Assembly (NCBI GenBank): GCA_029210775.1 | Contig: JARGGI010000004.1 | Span: 1-59,782, forward strand | Direction of reading: 5' to 3' | DNA from: Patescibacteria group bacterium | Lineage (GTDB): Bacteria > Patescibacteriota > Minisyncoccia > JAHIHE01 > JAGLIN01 | Length of the DNA stretch: 59,782 bases | Part shown: positions 56,468-59,782 of the stretch, in pieces | Layout: each line of letters opens with the position of its first letter | Numbering within the stretch: position 1 is the stretch's first letter | The notes under the pieces: model-generated | Seen by the model: the letters and a program-made list of their open reading frames with translations, nothing else | Told to the model about the DNA's origin: nothing | Databases searched by the model: none | Made by a program: the position numbers and the translations under genes

Positions 56468-56650
56468 TCAATAATTTTTTTTTCTTTCTTTATTATATCC
56501 ACCAATTCGTCTATTTGACTTAATCATTTTCTGGCATGGAATGTTTTTATCGTAATTTTTGTTTAGTATATTTCCAACCGTTTTGTATGCATTTGGGCTT
56601 TGGGCAAGTTTTGCAACTTCTTTATAACTTAAAACCTTACCTTTTAGATT
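56468..56650 (-). pseudogene. Remnant of an MGMT/Ogt-family (methylated-DNA-protein-cysteine methyltransferase DNA-binding domain) gene
   Basis: Open frame without a start codon: NLKGKVLSYKEVAKLAQSPNAYKTVGNILNKNYDKNIPCQKMIKSNRRIGGYNKERKKNY*. It resembles the ...GxVxSYxxVAxxAGxPxAxRAVGxAxxxN...IPCHRV...GxxGGY core. The active site is changed to PCQK and the N-terminus is missing. Confidence 0.45.
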
Positions 56651-56698
56651 TCAATAAAATTATTTTATAGCAATGATTTCACTATTTTTTAAGATTTG

Positions 56699-57280
56699 TT
56701 ATTTTTTATAAACTGTAAAGTACGTAGGATATGGTCCAAGGAATAGCCCCTTTTTAATAGTTTTCATGTTAGTAAATTTTTGCAATTTATCTGGATTTAG
56801 TTTGTTAACATGAAGTTTTCTTGAATGCAATGGATTTCTATAAACAAATATTGATTCAATAATATTATTTGATCCTCTAAAGATTTCAAAAGGATATATA
56901 AATATACAAATTCCATTTGGTTTTAAGACTCGCTCGATTTCTTTTATGGTTTTTTTTAGATCTTCAATATGTTCAATAACGTGGGATGAAACTATCTTAT
57001 CAAAAAAATTATCGTTGTAATCAATCTTTTCAATTGAAATGACTTTTAATCCATCAATATCAGAGTTTATTATTGCCTCTCTATTGATATCACAGCCATA
57101 AATCTCGTTTGAAAAATCTCTAAGTGCTTTTACTAAGCTTCCTTTGTTGCATCCTACATCAAGAATTATATCATTTTTTTTAGGATCAAGGAGTTTAAGT
57201 ATTTTTTTGAAATGTAAAATTTTTCTTATTCGTGGAGTTTTACTTGCTATATCAGAAAACTTTTTATTATATAAGGTCAT
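56699..57280 (-). CDS. Class I SAM-dependent methyltransferase (Methyltransf_11-like)
   Basis: Motif I ILDVGCNKGS, post-I acidic residue (YGCDIN), motif II FDKIVSSHVIEH. Confidence 0.75.
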   Translation of the reverse strand: MTLYNKKFSDIASKTPRIRKILHFKKILKLLDPKKNDIILDVGCNKGSLVKALRDFSNEIYGCDINREAIINSDIDGLKVISIEKIDYNDNFFDKIVSSHVIEHIEDLKKTIKEIERVLKPNGICIFIYPFEIFRGSNNIIESIFVYRNPLHSRKLHVNKLNPDKLQKFTNMKTIKKGLFLGPYPTYFTVYKK

Positions 57281-57295
57281 TTTTTTATTTTCATA

Positions 57296-57529
57296 TTATT
57301 TATATTCATCAACTTTAATTATATCATCAATAGTGACATCTAAGGCTTCTGCGATTGCTTCAATGTCTTCAATCGCAACATTTTCCAGATTTCCTGTTTC
57401 AATGTTGATAATCTTTCCAAAAGAAAGACCGCTTAATTCTTTTAGTTCTTCATGTGAAATTCCTTTTGCATTTCTGTGTTTTCTCACATTTTCTGCAATC
57501 ATAAGTTTTAGTTTTTCTGATTTTGACAT
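57296..57529 (-). CDS. XRE-family helix-turn-helix transcriptional regulator
   Basis: 77 aa. IAENVRKHRNAKGISHEELKELSGLSFGKIINIETG is a classical HTH_3 pattern. Confidence 0.75.
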   Translation of the reverse strand: MSKSEKLKLMIAENVRKHRNAKGISHEELKELSGLSFGKIINIETGNLENVAIEDIEAIAEALDVTIDDIIKVDEYK

Positions 57530-57568
57530 AAATTTATATTAGTTATGTTGAATTATTAAACAAAATAT

Positions 57569-58144
57569 TTATTTTATATTTTTGATTATCTCTTCCCAAG
57601 ATTGAACGCGCAATATATTTTTGGAGAATTTATTTGATTTGTTCCATGGACGATTGAGAAGCATAACTTTTGTTGAGACAGAAGCACAATCAATCGCATG
57701 TTCAGGTGAATCTTCAATCATAATGTCAACATTTTCACTTAAGCAAATTTCTGATTTTTTTGAACTTGAACCATTGAAAGAGAAGTGATTTGTAAAATAT
57801 GTTTGTGAAAACTTATTTGGAAAATATTTTTCAATCCATTTAATTGTTTTTTGTTTGATGTCATTTTGTCTTGAAGTAATGATTTTTAGCTCATGTTTTT
57901 CACTTAAAATTTCTACACCTTCAACTGCCCCTGAAATGGGTTTTATGTTTTCAAAATACGGTGTTTTGTAAAAATCATATATAGATTTCATTATCTTTTC
58001 TTTTGGTAGTTTCCAAACTCTGAAAACATTATAATCGTAAATTTCTTCTTGCTTGAATGATGTCTTATTCATATCATTGTAATAAGCAAGAAAATTGTTA
58101 ATAAAGTCAGCTAAAACTTCATCAAGATCAAGTCCAATTGTCAT
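57569..58144 (-). CDS. HAD-superfamily 5'(3')-deoxyribonucleotidase-like phosphatase
   Basis: N-terminal DLDEVLADF (DxDxV/T motif I), ...IITSR... motif II, C-terminal acidic motif (MIEDSPEH). Confidence 0.7.
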   Translation of the reverse strand: MTIGLDLDEVLADFINNFLAYYNDMNKTSFKQEEIYDYNVFRVWKLPKEKIMKSIYDFYKTPYFENIKPISGAVEGVEILSEKHELKIITSRQNDIKQKTIKWIEKYFPNKFSQTYFTNHFSFNGSSSKKSEICLSENVDIMIEDSPEHAIDCASVSTKVMLLNRPWNKSNKFSKNILRVQSWEEIIKNIK

Positions 58145-58510
58145 AAAAAATAGCTTTAGGGGTTATGTGAGTTTATCTAAATTTATCTTTTTTGCTTTAA
58201 TAAATCAAGATTATTTTTAATTATAGCAGTTTTAATTCTCTATTACCATTATCTCACTAATTTATAATTGTGCAATATTTGTTAATCTTTTTTCTGTGTC
58301 TAATTAAATTGACCCATCTGTTCTTCTGTGCTATTTTACTCTTAGGTGGATGCTTATTGGTCAAGTTACTTTTAACGATTGATAATATTATAGCAATGGT
58401 TTTAGATAAATTATTGAAATAAGTCACCAAAATTTTCTTGTTTGAATTGTTATAAGAATTTCAAGCAAGAAAATATGTAAAAATAAATTAGAAAGTGAGG
58501 TGATTTATAA

Positions 58511-58735
58511 ATGGATAATCAAAATTCAAACGACCGTCCGCAAAAACAAATGTTTGATATTTCATCAAAAGGAATTAAGTGCGAAGAATGTAAACAGCCG
58601 ATCAATGAACTTCCCTTTGAGCCAACAGAAAGAGAAGGCGGTGGTTATGGAAAACTGTTTTGTTATGAATGTAACAAAAAGCGAATGAAAGACAGAGGAC
58701 CAAGAAGAGATTTTGGCGGCGGAGGTCGTTATTAA
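58511..58735 (+). CDS. Small zinc-ribbon protein with Arg/Gly-rich tail
   Basis: 74 aa. CEEC-23 aa-CYEC. C-terminal RGPRRDFGGGGRY. Strong SD (AGTGAGGTGA) 7-8 nt upstream. The overlapping ORF 58500-58688 is rejected. Confidence 0.6.
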   Translation: MDNQNSNDRPQKQMFDISSKGIKCEECKQPINELPFEPTEREGGGYGKLFCYECNKKRMKDRGPRRDFGGGGRY

Positions 58736-58756
58736 GTTTAACTTAAAATGATATAT

Positions 58757-58781
58757 AAAAACGGTGCTGAGCCGTTTTTTT
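58757..58781 (+). terminator. Intrinsic terminator (AAAAACGG-TGCTGAG-CCGTTTTTTT)
   Basis: Stem AAAACGG/CCGTTTT, 7-nt loop, T-run. 22 nt after the stop at 58735. Confidence 0.6.
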
Positions 58782-58943
58782 ATTTTTGTTATTTTAGGTT
58801 GATTTCAAAATTTTTTAAGTGTTGCTCACTATTTGTAATAAATAAGCATAACATTTGAAAATCAGATTAGATTTTAGTTATGCCGTTCTTTTTATCAAAT
58901 GAGAGAAGATAATTGAATTTTTAATAATATTATTGCATAAGCT

Positions 58944-59603
58944 TTATTGCGTTGAAGCTTTTTTGGGATAGTTTCCTTTGAAGTGAAGAGAATTATTATT
59001 TATCTCAAGTGAATCAATTTTCAAATCTGACATTTGTGATAATTGTTTATCAAGAAGGAGGTTTAAAGCATTTTCTCCTTGCTTAATATATTTGTCAGGA
59101 ATTGAGAGAATTCCTAATTCAACTTTTTCAATTTCGATGTTGATTTTTGAAGTACCACTTTTAAAAATTTTTCCAGAAGCATAAACTGGCCCTGATAAAT
59201 TATATCCATAATTATTTAAATCAAGATAGGCTGACATTTCTGCTTGACTGTTATCGTTTAGCTTTACTTGAATGTGTTTAAGAGGACCAAGGTCGTTGTT
59301 TGTTGCTTGAAGCAGGGAACTGAGCTCAGCGCTTGAGAGTGTAATATCAAGCGGACTGAAATTTTCATAAGTTACATTGCAGGTTAGACAATATTTATTT
59401 ATATTATCAGTCAGGGTAATTTCTCCTTTAACAAGTACATCTTTATAGAGATTTGGATCAACAGTTCCAATGAGATTTTTTGGTTCGTCTGTGTCCAATA
59501 GTGATGCAAGAACAGGAACTTTAACAATCCCGCTTGCAGCAAAAAGCATTAAAACCCCGCCTGTTAAGAGTAGGAGAATGACGATGAAAATTTTCTTAAA
59601 CAT
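58944..59603 (-). CDS. Membrane-anchored hypothetical protein
   Basis: 219 aa. N-terminal TM (IFIVILLLLTGGVLMLFAA). No recognisable motifs. Confidence 0.55.
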   Translation of the reverse strand: MFKKIFIVILLLLTGGVLMLFAASGIVKVPVLASLLDTDEPKNLIGTVDPNLYKDVLVKGEITLTDNINKYCLTCNVTYENFSPLDITLSSAELSSLLQATNNDLGPLKHIQVKLNDNSQAEMSAYLDLNNYGYNLSGPVYASGKIFKSGTSKINIEIEKVELGILSIPDKYIKQGENALNLLLDKQLSQMSDLKIDSLEINNNSLHFKGNYPKKASTQ

Positions 59604-59782
59604 AGTTATATAGTATATGAATTAATATTAAACTATCTTTATTTTAACAAATTTTGACAAATCTGCAAAAAAAGAAATAAAAAGCAAATAGTTTTATTTA
59701 GTGGAGAGGTTGTTTAACTTAAATCCCAGTTTGATATAAAAAAATCACACACCAAAATGGTATGTAATTTTATTCTTGGCGG

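Noticed and set aside
57144-57542. 132-aa ORF on the + strand
   Set aside because: It is antisense to the methyltransferase 5' end and the XRE regulator gene, both of which have clear family motifs.
59775-59782. TGGCGG at the window edge as the 3' end (CCGCCA) of a minus-strand tRNA, with a hairpin and T-run just inside at ~59740-59775
   Set aside because: Only 8 nt are visible, which cannot support a feature call.

Overview
AT-rich bacterial chromosomal segment (about 30% GC by eye, standard genetic code). It has tightly packed small genes and a gene content that looks like a reduced-genome Patescibacteria/CPR-type organism; that assignment is inference only. Two colinear but clearly diverged type IV pilus (T4P)-like gene clusters dominate the window. 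Cluster 1 lies on the + strand at 3564-14638 and cluster 2 on the - strand at 20941-39166. They face each other across a signalling island at 15152-20895: a HAMP/Cys-rich sensor, a FIST protein, a soluble PAS histidine kinase, one receiver and one double receiver. Each pilus cluster has its own two-component module. Only cluster 2 carries a convincing major pilin. Cluster 2 also has a three-gene insertion encoding surface proteins, including an 1101-aa IPT/TIG- and FN3-like protein, placed among its minor pilins. The right third of the window holds housekeeping genes: maf, vanW-like, recX, clpC, comFC, an L,D-transpeptidase, obg, trxB, a glutaredoxin-like gene, fpg, a SAM methyltransferase, an XRE regulator and a 5'-nucleotidase. 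There are four tRNA genes. The non-coding DNA is unusually rich in repeats. There is a MITE-like family with CTTTGAATTACGAAAT terminal inverted repeats and flanking target-site duplications (5 copies). There are two unrelated RAYT transposase genes, each with its own REP hairpin family. Two 80-bp tandem copies of a truncated tRNA-Lys 5' half are present. There is a partial duplication of a tRNA-Arg 3' end. A decayed 3-kb island contains pseudogenes. No CRISPR array, cas gene, integrase, reverse transcriptase or rRNA was seen. All calls rest on reading motifs and repeats by eye; no database search was possible.
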